A stretch of 64,000 bases of DNA, taken from assembly GCA_963704885.1 (NCBI GenBank), contig CAVPIB010000001.1:288001-352000 (forward strand), given 5' to 3'. Under the pieces are notes generated by a model that did not search any database, was not told where the DNA came from, and saw nothing but the letters and a program-made list of their open reading frames with translations. Position numbers and translations under genes: made by a program. The stretch is from an uncultured Actinomycetes bacterium. GTDB taxonomy: Bacteria; Actinomycetota; UBA4738; HRBIN12. Below, piece after piece: positions 1 to 9,988 of the stretch (position 1 is the stretch's first letter; each line of letters starts with the position of its first letter).

Positions 1-755
1 CGCTGATCCGTCACGCGCTCGACGTGCTGGTTTCGAAGGGGTTCACGCCGGTCGTGCCCCCCGTGCTGGTGCGCGAGGAAGCCATGTACGGCACAGGCTT
101 CCTGCCCACCGACGCGGCGCAGCTCTACGTCACGAGCGAGGACGACCTCTACCTGGTGGGCACGGCCGAGGTGCCGCTCGCGGCGTTCCACATGACGGAG
201 ATCCTGGACGAGTCGGCGCTCCCGATCCGCTACGCGGGCTATTCCACGTGCTTCCGCCGTGAGGCGGGGACGTACGGCAAGGACATGGGGGGCATGTTCC
301 GGGTCCACCAGTTCGACAAGGTGGAGATGTTCAGCTTCACGACGCCGGAGTCCTCTTGGGACGAACACGACTTCTTACTCTCCGTCGAAGAGGAGATCGT
401 GGGGAACCTAGAGCTGCCTTATCGCGTGGCGAACATAGCCGCTGGTGACCTGGGTGGCTCGGCTGCGAAGAAGTACGACATCGAGGTGTGGCTGCCGGGG
501 CAGGGTCGCTACCGCGAGCTCACGTCCTGCTCGAACTGCACGGACTATCAGGCGCGACGCCTGCAGACCCGCGTTCGTCGCGACGGGGGCAAGGTTGAGC
601 CGGTCCACACGCTCAACGGAACCGCGACGGCACTCGCGCGCACCTTGATCGCGATCATGGAGAACCGCCAGCAGGCCGACGGATCCGTCTCACTTCCCGA
701 GAAGCTGCATCCCTACCTGCCCGAGTCGGTTCGGGTGCTCGCGCCGAAGGGCTGA
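1..755 (+). CDS. serS: Seryl-tRNA synthetase, 3' part (5' end lies outside the window)
   Basis: Class II motifs LYLVGTAEVP, CFRREAG, RVHQFDKVEMF, ELTSCSNCTDYQARR and HTLNGT. Confidence 0.97.
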   Translation, partial: LIRHALDVLVSKGFTPVVPPVLVREEAMYGTGFLPTDAAQLYVTSEDDLYLVGTAEVPLAAFHMTEILDESALPIRYAGYSTCFRREAGTYGKDMGGMFRVHQFDKVEMFSFTTPESSWDEHDFLLSVEEEIVGNLELPYRVANIAAGDLGGSAAKKYDIEVWLPGQGRYRELTSCSNCTDYQARRLQTRVRRDGGKVEPVHTLNGTATALARTLIAIMENRQQADGSVSLPEKLHPYLPESVRVLAPKG

Positions 756-763
756 GGCGCCGG

Positions 764-3700
764 TCACTCCTTCACGTCGGCCTGATCGACCTCCGGCAAC
801 GTCACCGTCAGATCCGATCTCTGGTCCGTGATGTCGAACGTAACCCCGTGCCAAACGAGCCTGCCCTGCTCGTCGTGGCTGGCTAGCCCTTCGCTCCGCA
901 ACCAGCGGATCCGGCCGTCTCGGGTTATCGCCCGATACTCCTCAGACCACGGTTCCTCGGTGCGGTCGTGCCGAGCGGAAAGAGCAAGCAGCCGCTCCCG
1001 GTCATCCGGATGGACCATGCGCTCGAAGTGACCGGGCTCCGCCAGTAGCTCGTCTGCGGTGTAACCCACGACCTCCTCGACCTGCGGTCCGAAGAAGGTC
1101 GCTCGCCCGCTCCCGGGCTCGCCCTCGACAACCTCGATCCACGGGATCCCTGGCATCCTCTGGACCAGCGATCGCAGCTGAGCCTCTGACCGTCGGAGAC
1201 GCTCCTCCTCGAGCTTTCGTTCGGTGATGTCGATCAGCGCCGATCGGAACCTGAACGGACGACCCTGGTCGTCTCGCGCCACGCACTCGGTCTTGGTGTG
1301 GACCCAGACGACCCGCCCGTCCGGAACTATCAGGCGGAGCTCGTGGGTGATCTCCTCGCCCGTCGCCCATTGCTTCGCGAGGGAAGCCAAGATCTCATCT
1401 CGGTCGTCGGGGTGGATCAGGGCCATCAGCTCGTCCAGCGTCTCGATGGTGAAGGACTTGGCCTCAAGGCCGAGGAGCTGCGCAAGGTTGGTGGTTGCAT
1501 ACAGGATGTTGATCCTGTGTTCGGGTTCGCGGAAGAGCTCGTACGCGTAGCTGGCGAGTGGTCCGTGCTCCGCGATCGCGTGAAGGTTCTCCTCGGCCTC
1601 CCTGGCCCTGTCTTCGGCCATCTTGCGGGCGGTCAGGTCGACCAAGACCCCTTGGAACAGATCTGGCTCCCCGCGGCTGTTCCGGGCGAGCAAGGTACAG
1701 CTATCCAATACCCAGACGATGTGTCCATCCTTGGCGAGGATCCGGTACTCCTGCTCGAACGGCTCGCCCGTATCCTCTGAGCGTTCGGCCGCGGCGATGA
1801 CGCGATCGCGATCGTGCGGGTGCACTCGGTCCTGCCAAAGGGTCGGGTGCCTCCACTCCTCGGGGCTGTAGCCGATCAGCTGTTCGATCTGCGGGCTGTA
1901 ATAGGAGCGGGGATCGTTCGCCCTGTCGGGGCCGACTACCCACATGTAGACGACCGCGGGCACGGCTTCGACCAGGTTGCGGTATCGCTCGTGAGCTTCG
2001 CGGAGCTCCATCTCCACCCGACGTCGCTCGCCGATCTCGAGCGCCATCAACTCGTTCGCCTCTTCGAGCTCTGCCGTGCGCTCCCCGACACGCAGTTCCA
2101 ACTCGTCGTTCATCAGTCGGAGCCGCTCTTCAAGTTCCTTCTGGGGAGTGACGTCCACCATCACGCCCTGCCACGTCGGTGATCGACCTTCGATGTCGCG
2201 AAGCATCACCGCCTGGTCGCGCACCCACACGACGCGTCCGTCGCTCGCGATCAACCGGTAGTCCTGGCTCCAGGGCTCTCCCGTCTGGCTGTGCTGGTCG
2301 TGCGCGGCCAGTGTGATCTCACGGTCCTCGGGGTGCAGAAGCTCCGTCCAGATGTCGGGCTGATCGAGCCACTCCTGCCTGGAGTAGCCGAAGAGGGTCG
2401 CGACCTGAGGGCTCACGTAGAGCGTCCGGCGCTCGTCGTCCAGGCTCATCTCGTAGACGACCGCGGGGGACTGCTCGACCAGGGCACGGAAACGCGCGTT
2501 CGAGCGCTGCATCTCTTCTTCGGCCAACTTGCGATCCGTGATGTCTTGTATGACCCCCTGCCAGTGAACTGGGGTGCCGTCCGGTGCTCTCACGAGAAGT
2601 GCGTCATCGTTCACCCAAACGATCCGGCCATCTGGACGAATGAGCCGGTATTCGTCCCGGAAACGCTCGCCCGTTCGTAGCGCCTCCAACCAGCGCTCGT
2701 GCACGCGCCCTTGATCGTCGGGATGGATCGTCTCATCCCACCGTTTCGGACGATCTTGGTACTCATCCAGCGTGATGCCGAACAGCTCGGTGACGTTCGG
2801 ACTCATATAGAGCGACTTGGGGATCTCGTCGTTGGAGTCGATGTAGACCACTGCGGGAACGTGTTCGACCAGCAACCTGTAGCGACCCTCCGACTCGCGA
2901 AGCGCCTCCTCCGCCAGCTTGGCATCGGTGATATCCAGCACGACCCCGTGCCAGTAGAAGGACTCCCCATCGGCGCTTCGCACCAGCCGAGCCGTGTCGT
3001 GTAGCCATACTGTCCGCCCGTCTGCGCGGGTGGCGGCGTACTCGCTCGAGAACGTGGTTCGATCACGGACGCATCTCTCCCACTCGGCGAGCATGCGGTG
3101 GCCTTGCTCAGGGGGCATGACCTTCCACCAGAGGTCCTGGTCTTCGATCCAACGCTCCGGCGCGAAGCCGAGGATCTCCTGGACCTGTGGGCTGACGTAG
3201 GTCATAGAGGGATCAGGCTCGTCAGTGGCGATGTATACGTACGCCGGGATGTCCTCGACGAGCGCCCGGTAGCGCGCCTCCGAGTCGCGTAGTCGCTGCT
3301 CGCTCTCACGTCTGGCCGAGATGTCCAGGATCAATCCTTGCCAGAAGAGCGGGGTGCCGTCCTCGGACCGGATCAGTCGAGCGATGTCCTTGACCCACAC
3401 CACATGGCCGTCTCGGTGGATGAGCCGGTACTCGTGCTCCGACCTAGCCCCCTGGTCGAGGTTGGCCGGCCAGTCCCGCGCGAAGAGGTTCTGGTCGTCC
3501 GGATGGAGGACCCTGATCCAAAGGTCTGGATCGTTGATCCACTCCTCCGTTCGGTACCCGGTCAGCTGTTCGGTGTACGGGCTCACGTATAGCGTCTTAG
3601 GCTGCTCCTCGAAGGAGTCGACGTAGATCACGCCTGGTATCTGCTCGATCAGCGCCCTGTATTTGGCCTCGGATTCGGCATGAGCGTGCTCGGCGTCAGT

Positions 3701-4099
3701 GGTTCTGGTCAGATCGGTCAACACGCCGAACCAAAGGGCCTCACGGCCGTGCGATGCGGGCACGACCCGCGCCTGGCTGTGAACCCACCGGAACGAACCA
3801 TCCGGCTGGATCAGCCGATACTCCTCGTCCCAGTCCTCTCCGGTAGCGTCCGCGTTGATGGAGCGCTCCCAGAGGCGCTCGCGGTCCTCGGGATGCAACA
3901 GCTGGTTGCGCCCACGAGCGTCCACCATGAGGGCTTCGCATGGGATCCCGAGGACGGACTCGCACTGCGGGCTCACATAGAGAGGAGCCTCGTCCGGGTG
4001 GTCGAAGCGCATGACGTAAGTGACGGCCGAGATGGACTCCACGAGCCGTTCGAACAGGTCCTCGGGGATCTCGCCCGAGCCGGGCGCCGACCCGCTCAT
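764..4099 (-). CDS. Multi-PAS protein (8 PAS/PAC repeats, about 1111 aa) with no recognisable output domain
   Basis: Repeated '(S)EARYRALVE..P..VY ... YVSPQ ... HPED ... EYR...DG..VWV.D ... DIT' units; start moved to ATG 4099 because the longer ORF runs antisense through a tRNA. Confidence 0.88.
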   Translation of the reverse strand: MSGSAPGSGEIPEDLFERLVESISAVTYVMRFDHPDEAPLYVSPQCESVLGIPCEALMVDARGRNQLLHPEDRERLWERSINADATGEDWDEEYRLIQPDGSFRWVHSQARVVPASHGREALWFGVLTDLTRTTDAEHAHAESEAKYRALIEQIPGVIYVDSFEEQPKTLYVSPYTEQLTGYRTEEWINDPDLWIRVLHPDDQNLFARDWPANLDQGARSEHEYRLIHRDGHVVWVKDIARLIRSEDGTPLFWQGLILDISARRESEQRLRDSEARYRALVEDIPAYVYIATDEPDPSMTYVSPQVQEILGFAPERWIEDQDLWWKVMPPEQGHRMLAEWERCVRDRTTFSSEYAATRADGRTVWLHDTARLVRSADGESFYWHGVVLDITDAKLAEEALRESEGRYRLLVEHVPAVVYIDSNDEIPKSLYMSPNVTELFGITLDEYQDRPKRWDETIHPDDQGRVHERWLEALRTGERFRDEYRLIRPDGRIVWVNDDALLVRAPDGTPVHWQGVIQDITDRKLAEEEMQRSNARFRALVEQSPAVVYEMSLDDERRTLYVSPQVATLFGYSRQEWLDQPDIWTELLHPEDREITLAAHDQHSQTGEPWSQDYRLIASDGRVVWVRDQAVMLRDIEGRSPTWQGVMVDVTPQKELEERLRLMNDELELRVGERTAELEEANELMALEIGERRRVEMELREAHERYRNLVEAVPAVVYMWVVGPDRANDPRSYYSPQIEQLIGYSPEEWRHPTLWQDRVHPHDRDRVIAAAERSEDTGEPFEQEYRILAKDGHIVWVLDSCTLLARNSRGEPDLFQGVLVDLTARKMAEDRAREAEENLHAIAEHGPLASYAYELFREPEHRINILYATTNLAQLLGLEAKSFTIETLDELMALIHPDDRDEILASLAKQWATGEEITHELRLIVPDGRVVWVHTKTECVARDDQGRPFRFRSALIDITERKLEEERLRRSEAQLRSLVQRMPGIPWIEVVEGEPGSGRATFFGPQVEEVVGYTADELLAEPGHFERMVHPDDRERLLALSARHDRTEEPWSEEYRAITRDGRIRWLRSEGLASHDEQGRLVWHGVTFDITDQRSDLTVTLPEVDQADVKE

Positions 4100-4173
4100 C
4101 ACTCGAGCCCAACGTCGGCGCGCATCCGCCAAGCGTAATCCCGGTCCGTCGAACGCGCTACTAGACTCCCGAC

Positions 4174-4260
4174 GGGAGGATGGCCGAGTGGACGAAGGCG
4201 ACGGTCTTGAAAACCGTTGGTCCCGCAAGGGGCTCGTGGGTTCGAATCCCACTCCTCCCG
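4174..4260 (+). tRNA. tRNA-Ser(TGA)
   Basis: Acceptor stem GGGAGGA/TCCTCCC, anticodon arm ACGGT-CTTGAAA-ACCGT, long variable arm, GTTCGAATC T-loop; upstream -10-like TAGACT. Confidence 0.96.
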
Positions 4261-4294
4261 CGGCGGTCCTTGGGTTCACTTCTATCCTTACGTC

Positions 4295-5335
4295 GTGAGC
4301 ACCGGCGTGCTAAACGACCGATTCCTGAGTGCCTGCCGTCGCCTGCCGGTCGACCGCACGCCGGTGTGGTTCATGCGACAGGCGGGCCGGTACCTCCCCG
4401 AGTACCGAAAGATCCGTGGTGACGGCGACATCTTGGAGACGTGCCGGCACCCGGATCTGGTCGTGGAGATCACGATGCAGCCCCTTCGCAGGATGGCGGT
4501 GGATGCCGCGATCGTGTTCAGCGACATCATGGTGCCGTTAGAGGCCGTGGGGGTTCCCGTTCGGATCGAGCCCGGTCGGGGACCGGTCGTAGACGAGCCC
4601 ATCCGCGACGGCGCCGGCGTCGCGAGGCTAAGACCATTAGAGCCGGAGCAGGATGTACCTCATGTGCTCGAGGCGATCCGGCTTCTGCGCGGCGAGTTGA
4701 CCGTTCCGCTGATCGGGTTCGTGGGGGCGCCCTTCACGCTAGCCAGCTATCTGATCGAGGGCGGACCTTCACGGACCCACGAGCGAACGAAGGCGCTCCT
4801 GCTGGGTGACCCGTCGACCTGGGAAGCGCTGATGGACGCGCTGGTCGGGATCGTGCTGCCACATGTCCGCGCGCAGGTCGCCTCGGGCGCGCAGGCGATC
4901 CAGATCTTCGACTCTTGGGTCGGGGCGCTCGATCCCGGCACGTACGAACGCTCCGTTCTCCCATCCATGCGCCGTCTGTTCGATGGTCTCGTGGACCTCG
5001 ACGTGCCCACGATCCACTTCGGCGTAGGGACGGGGGAGTTGCTCTCGTTGATGCGCGGTGCCGGCGGCGATGTGATCGGTGTGGACTGGCGCACCCCGAT
5101 CGATGTGGCGTGGTCCCGGGTCGGGTCGGAGGTTGCCGTCCAGGGGAACCTGGACCCGGCGGTCCTGTCCGCTCCTTGGGAAAGGGTCGCCGAGGAGGCG
5201 GATCGGGTTCTGGATCAAGCCGGGATGCGTGATGGACATATCTTCAACCTCGGCCACGGCGTCCCCCCGAGTACGGATCCCGACACGCTCGTCCAGCTTG
5301 TGGATCTGGTCCACGACCGGACCGAACGAACCTGA
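4295..5335 (+). CDS. hemE: Uroporphyrinogen decarboxylase
   Basis: PVWFMRQAGRYLPEY, FSDI, QIFDSW, QGNLDP and IFNLGHG motifs; GTG 4295 lies 6 nt after a TATCCT -10 box. Confidence 0.96.
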   Translation: MSTGVLNDRFLSACRRLPVDRTPVWFMRQAGRYLPEYRKIRGDGDILETCRHPDLVVEITMQPLRRMAVDAAIVFSDIMVPLEAVGVPVRIEPGRGPVVDEPIRDGAGVARLRPLEPEQDVPHVLEAIRLLRGELTVPLIGFVGAPFTLASYLIEGGPSRTHERTKALLLGDPSTWEALMDALVGIVLPHVRAQVASGAQAIQIFDSWVGALDPGTYERSVLPSMRRLFDGLVDLDVPTIHFGVGTGELLSLMRGAGGDVIGVDWRTPIDVAWSRVGSEVAVQGNLDPAVLSAPWERVAEEADRVLDQAGMRDGHIFNLGHGVPPSTDPDTLVQLVDLVHDRTERT

Positions 5336-5339
5336 GCTC

Positions 5340-5367
5340 TCAAGGCGTCCTGAGCACGTTCCGATGG
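5340..5367 (+). promoter_or_regulatory. Putative sigma28/WhiG-like promoter (TCAA-N16-TCCGATGG)
   Basis: Resembles the TAAA-N15/16-GCCGAT consensus; similar motifs at 28350-28377, 28410-28437, 28737-28763 and 57050-57077. Confidence 0.55.
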
Positions 5368-5388
5368 GTCCTGTGGGGGTCTAGACGC

Positions 5389-6921
5389 ATGGACGACACG
5401 AGGGACGAGGTCTCCGCCGAGATCCGGAAAGAGGCGCGGGTAGTGGGCCTGCGCGGGTTCAACACGCCCTCTTTGGAGTCGGTCGAGCGCAGGCGACTCC
5501 AGCTCTGGATCCTGAGCGCGGTTCTGCTGATCTCGGTGTCGCTGGGCGTCGTGGTGTTGTCGGTGTTGCCGGTGACAGAGCGTTGGTCGCCCGTGTCGCC
5601 TGGGGTGCTCCGACTCTCCGTCGTCCTACTGTCGATAGCCTTCTCGGTCTATGCGATCGAGCAAGAGCTCCATCTGCATCGGCTGGCCAGGATGCTGGTC
5701 GACGAGCGCGTCCTGTCCACGGCTCTCACCAACCGACTGCACGAGGTCTCGCTGTTGCTCGAAGCCGGCAAGGCGATCAACTCGGTCTTGGACCTGAACG
5801 CCGTCCTGGAGACGATCCTGCGCGGCGCGATCGACCTGCTGGGCGGGACGAGCGGCTCGATCCTATTGGCCGAGGGTGATGACCTGGTGTCGGCCTGCGT
5901 TCAAGGCAACGATCGGGCGCAGGGTCGCCGCGTCCCGCTGGGCGAAGGCATCGCGGGACACGTTGCCCGAACGCGGGAACCTCTGTTGATAGATGGCGAC
6001 GCCGACCCGGGGGACTTTCCCGGCCTCGTCCCGCACGACGTTGCGATCGAGAGCGCGATCAGCGTTCCGTTGGTTAACCGCGACGACCTGCTCGGAGTCC
6101 TCAACGTGAACGCCGCCGCCGGTCGGACGTTCACCGAGTACGACCTCCGCGCGATGTCTGTCTTCGCCGAGCAGGCGGCGGCCGCGATCGCGAACGCGCG
6201 GCTGTACGAGGCGGAGCGGGATCATGTCGCCGAGCTGATCGAGCTCGACCGGATGAAACGCGACTTCTTGGACCTGATGACCCACGAGCTGAAGACTCCG
6301 ATCACGTCGGTCCTCGCGGCCGTGGAGATCGCAGGTCGTCGGGGGATGGAGGCCGAACGCGACGAGATGCACGACATCATCGCCCGTCAGGCTCGTCGGC
6401 TGGACGAAATGGTAGGGAGTCTGCTCACCGCCGCGCGGCTGGATCGCACCGACGCGCCCCAGGCGGTCATGGCGATCGACGTCGTCGAGCGGGTTAACCT
6501 GGCCGCCACGGAGTCGGCAGTTCTGGAACATCCGGTCGAGGTCACGGGAGCGGCCCGGGCGTGGGCGCTCGCGGACACCGAGGCTCTGCGGCACGTGCTC
6601 GACAACCTGATCGACAACGCCTGGAAGTACGGCGTGCCTCCGATCCGTGTCGACGTCGCGGTCGAGGCAGACCGGGTCGTCTTGTCGGTCCTGGACTCCG
6701 GCGCAGGGATCCCCCTCGCCGATCGGGAACGGATCTTCGATCGGTTCCAGCGGCTCGACCGTACCCGCGCGCAGCCGGGGCTCGGACTTGGCCTACCGAT
6801 CGTGCGTGGCTTCGCCCGATCGCTGGGCGGGGACGTGTGGATCGACGACGCGCCGGGAGGCGGTGCCGCTTTCCACGTCTCGCTTCGCCGCACGGCGCAG
6901 GAGGTTCTAGCGGCAGGCTGA
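5389..6921 (+). CDS. Membrane-anchored GAF-domain sensor histidine kinase
   Basis: Two N-terminal TM helices, GAF domain (GEGIAGHVA, SVPL), H-box THELKTP, N-box NLIDNAWKY, G-boxes DSGAGI and GLGLGL. Confidence 0.92.
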   Translation: MDDTRDEVSAEIRKEARVVGLRGFNTPSLESVERRRLQLWILSAVLLISVSLGVVVLSVLPVTERWSPVSPGVLRLSVVLLSIAFSVYAIEQELHLHRLARMLVDERVLSTALTNRLHEVSLLLEAGKAINSVLDLNAVLETILRGAIDLLGGTSGSILLAEGDDLVSACVQGNDRAQGRRVPLGEGIAGHVARTREPLLIDGDADPGDFPGLVPHDVAIESAISVPLVNRDDLLGVLNVNAAAGRTFTEYDLRAMSVFAEQAAAAIANARLYEAERDHVAELIELDRMKRDFLDLMTHELKTPITSVLAAVEIAGRRGMEAERDEMHDIIARQARRLDEMVGSLLTAARLDRTDAPQAVMAIDVVERVNLAATESAVLEHPVEVTGAARAWALADTEALRHVLDNLIDNAWKYGVPPIRVDVAVEADRVVLSVLDSGAGIPLADRERIFDRFQRLDRTRAQPGLGLGLPIVRGFARSLGGDVWIDDAPGGGAAFHVSLRRTAQEVLAAG

Positions 6922-6947
6922 TCCGACAGGGTACGTATCCTGTCCGG

Positions 6948-7931
6948 ATGAGCGACACTCCGATCGGCGTCTTGGTCATGGCCTACGGGACCGCGAGCGG
7001 GCCAGCGGACATCGAGCGCTACTACACCGATATCCGCGGCGGTCGCGTACCTTCGCCGGAGCACCTCCAGGAGCTGCGCGACCGCTACTCCGCGATCGGT
7101 AACGTCTTCCCGTTGCTCGACACGACCCGCGCGCAGGCAGAGGGCATCGTGGAGAGGCTGAACGACGACGTTGGGCGCGACGATGCGTTCCGTGCCTACA
7201 TAGGCATGAAGCACTCGGACCCGTCCGTCCCGGACGCGATCGCGCGGATGCGTGCCGATGGGGTGGAGCGGGCGATCGGGATCGTGATGGCCCCGCACTG
7301 GTCGGGCATGTCCGTTGAGACTTACATCGAACGGGCTATCAAGGCCGCGAGCGACGACGGAGGTGGCCCGGCCTTCACGTTCGTTCGTTCGTACCACGAC
7401 CATCCTGCATTCGTGACGTTCCTGACCGACCGTGTGCGCGATGCGTTGGGACGTCTCACCGAGGACGAACGCGCGAACGCCACCACGGTCTTCTCGGCTC
7501 ATTCCCTGCCCGTGCGGACGATCGACGACGGCTCGCAGCGCTGCAAGACCTGCGACTGCGAACCTTCGTGCCGGTATCGCGACGGCCTCCAGCGAACGGC
7601 AGACCTGGTCGCGGAGCGCCTTGGCTTGAACGACTACCTGATCGCATGGCAGAGCGCCGGTCGGACGAGCGACCCTTGGTGGGGTCCGCCGATCGAAGAG
7701 GTGATCCGGCAGCTCGCCGTCGACGGTCGCGCCGCTGTGGTCGTCTGCTCGGCGGGGTTCGTGTCCGACCACCTGGAGATCCTGTACGACCTGGACATCG
7801 AGGCGCGCAGGCTGGCGGAAGGGGCCGGGCTCCGGTTCGAGCGCACGCGGATGCCGAACGCCGATCCCGCGTACCTGGATGTCCTCGCCGCGGTGGTTCG
7901 CGAGCACCTGGTCGAGGTTCCTGCGGGATGA
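6948..7931 (+). CDS. hemH: Ferrochelatase (coproporphyrin ferrochelatase CpfC/HemH)
   Basis: VLVMAYGT, FSAHSLP, WQSAGRT and GFVSDHLEILYDLDIE motifs; ATG 6948 lies 6 nt after TATCCT. Confidence 0.95.
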   Translation: MSDTPIGVLVMAYGTASGPADIERYYTDIRGGRVPSPEHLQELRDRYSAIGNVFPLLDTTRAQAEGIVERLNDDVGRDDAFRAYIGMKHSDPSVPDAIARMRADGVERAIGIVMAPHWSGMSVETYIERAIKAASDDGGGPAFTFVRSYHDHPAFVTFLTDRVRDALGRLTEDERANATTVFSAHSLPVRTIDDGSQRCKTCDCEPSCRYRDGLQRTADLVAERLGLNDYLIAWQSAGRTSDPWWGPPIEEVIRQLAVDGRAAVVVCSAGFVSDHLEILYDLDIEARRLAEGAGLRFERTRMPNADPAYLDVLAAVVREHLVEVPAG

Positions 7932-9287
7932 GTCGGCCCGGACAGGTCGCGGTCATCGGCGGCGGGTGTCGCGGGACTTACAACCGCCTACCGGCTCATG
8001 AACGCGGGCGTGGGAGTGACCGTTCACGAGGGCTCCGGGCGCCTCGGCGGCAAGCTTGGCCTGATCCAGGTCGGAGACCTTCAACTCGAGGCCGGAGCCG
8101 ACGCCTTCGTTGCTCGCAAACCGTGGGCCGTCGATCTTTGCCGAGAGCTCGGCCTCGGCGGGGAGCTCATCAGCCCCGCCGCGACGGGGGCCTACCTTTG
8201 GACCGACCGAGGGTTGGTCCCGTTCACGAAGGACGCGCCGTTCGGGATCCCCGGCGACGTTGGCGACGTGTTCCGGTGGCCGGGTCTGTCCGGGGCCGGC
8301 CGAAGGCGCGCGCTGCAAGATCTCCTGCGTGGCAAACGCAAGGACGGCGAGGAGGAGACGCTCGGAGCGTTGCTCCGGCGCCGGCTGGGCGATGAGGCGA
8401 CGGACATGTCCGTGGCTCCTCTGCTGGCCGGGCTGTATGCGGGGGATGTCGATCGGCTCTCGGCTCCCGCCACGTTCCCGGAGCTCGTGGCGTGGGAGGC
8501 GGCGCAGGGGAGCCTCATCCGTGGCTCGCAGGCCGCATCACGCGCATCCCGCCGAAGCGACCCGGGGCCCATGTTCGTGAAGCCGCGGGCAGGGGTGTCG
8601 CGGTTGACAGAGGCGCTGACTGGCGCGTTGGGCGACCGGGTCGCGACAAACGCGTCCATCGGCTCGCTTGACGAGGTAGCCGGTGCCGACGCGGTCGTCC
8701 TGGCCACGCCCGCCTTCGAGGCTGCCCGGCTGGTCGACCCGCGCGCCCCCGAGGCCGCCGAGCTGTTGAATGGGATCCCGTACGCCTCGACGGCCGTCGT
8801 CTTCGCGCTGTATCCCGAGGGGACGGCGAGCGCGCTCCCGCCTGGGACGGGATTCGTCGTTCCTCGCGACAAGGCGCCCATGACAGCCTGCACGTGGATC
8901 AGCTCCAAGTGGCCCGACCAGGCGTTCGGCACGCGCGCCGTGCTGCGGTGCTTCGTCGGCGCGGTCGGCGACGAGGACGTGGTGGAGGCTGCCGACGACG
9001 AGTTGATACAGGCGTGCGCCCGGCACCTGGCCGCGGTGGTGGATCTCCCGGGGCGCCCGGCAGAGGCCGCGGTGGTGCGATGGCGGCGAGCCATGCCGCA
9101 ATACGAGCTGGGGCATCTGGACCGCGTGCGGCGGATCAGGCAGAGCCTGCCCGCGGGTATCTTCGTGGTGGGCTCCGCCTACGACGGCGTGGGCATCCCC
9201 GACTGCGTCCGTGCGGCCGGCGAAACGGCCGAGCAGGTCGTGTCGCACCTGGCCGGAGCGGCGCTCGACAAGGAGACGGCCGGATGA
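7928..9287 (+). CDS. hemY: Coproporphyrinogen/protoporphyrinogen oxidase (CgoX/HemY) with an apparent 1-nt frameshift near 7965
   Basis: MSRPGQVAVIGGG in one frame continues as VAGLTTAYRLM in the frame of the 7998 ORF; also RLGGK, EAGADAF, MPQY and GVGIPDC. Confidence 0.9.
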
Positions 9288-9973
9288 GCGACGCGAACCA
9301 GCATCCCGAGACGATCTATGCGCTGTACCCGGTGTTCCGCGCGCGCGACGGATTCCGTGACCTGTCGGCCGACGCGTTGGCCGACGTGGTGCAAGAGGTG
9401 GAGAACCTCTATAAGGCCTTCGAAGATCGGGTCGAGGTTCGCGGCACGTATTCGACCGTGGCGTTCCGTAGCGACGCCGACCTCATGCTTTGGCTGGTGG
9501 GGCGGACGCCCGAGGACGTTCAGTCGTTCGTGGCGGAGTTCCGCCGGACGCAGGCGGGTCGCCTCACCGACATCGCATGGACGTTCATGGGGGTCGTCAA
9601 GCCGGCCGAGTTCACTGCCGACCATCAGCCCGCGTTCGTGAAGGGCGAGCCGCCGAAGGACTACCTCTGTGTATATCCGTTCGTGCGAACGCCGGAGTGG
9701 TACCTGTTGCCTCGTGAGGAGCGAGGGGCGCTCTTGGCCGATCATGGCATCATCGGCCGCGAGTTCCCCGAGGTCCTTGCCAACACCACCAGCGCCTTCG
9801 GCCTGGGCGACTGGGAATGGATCCTGGCGTTCGAGGCGGACCGGGCGGACACGCTCGTCGATTGCATCCGTCGTCTGCGTGACGCGAAGGCCCGGCTCTA
9901 CACCAAGGAAGAGATCCCGTTCATCACTGGCATGCGCAAGAGCGTGGCCGGCGCTCTCGCCGATCTCGCGTGA
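9284..9973 (+). CDS. hemQ: Coproheme decarboxylase (chlorite dismutase family)
   Basis: YLCVYPFVRTPEWYLL, H in LADHG, FGLGDWEW; ATGA overlap with hemY. Confidence 0.92.
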   Translation: MSDANQHPETIYALYPVFRARDGFRDLSADALADVVQEVENLYKAFEDRVEVRGTYSTVAFRSDADLMLWLVGRTPEDVQSFVAEFRRTQAGRLTDIAWTFMGVVKPAEFTADHQPAFVKGEPPKDYLCVYPFVRTPEWYLLPREERGALLADHGIIGREFPEVLANTTSAFGLGDWEWILAFEADRADTLVDCIRRLRDAKARLYTKEEIPFITGMRKSVAGALADLA

Positions 9974-9988
9974 CTAGTCCGTATCAGA

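Noticed and set aside
4112-4140. Possible sigma28-like promoter upstream of the multi-PAS gene (TTAC-N15-GCCGACGT, minus strand)
   Set aside because: The -35 match is poor and GCCGAC is common at this GC content
4100-4279. N-terminal extension of the 1171-aa PAS ORF, and the 4217 start for hemE
   Set aside because: Both run through tRNA-Ser(TGA); better starts are at 4099 and 4295
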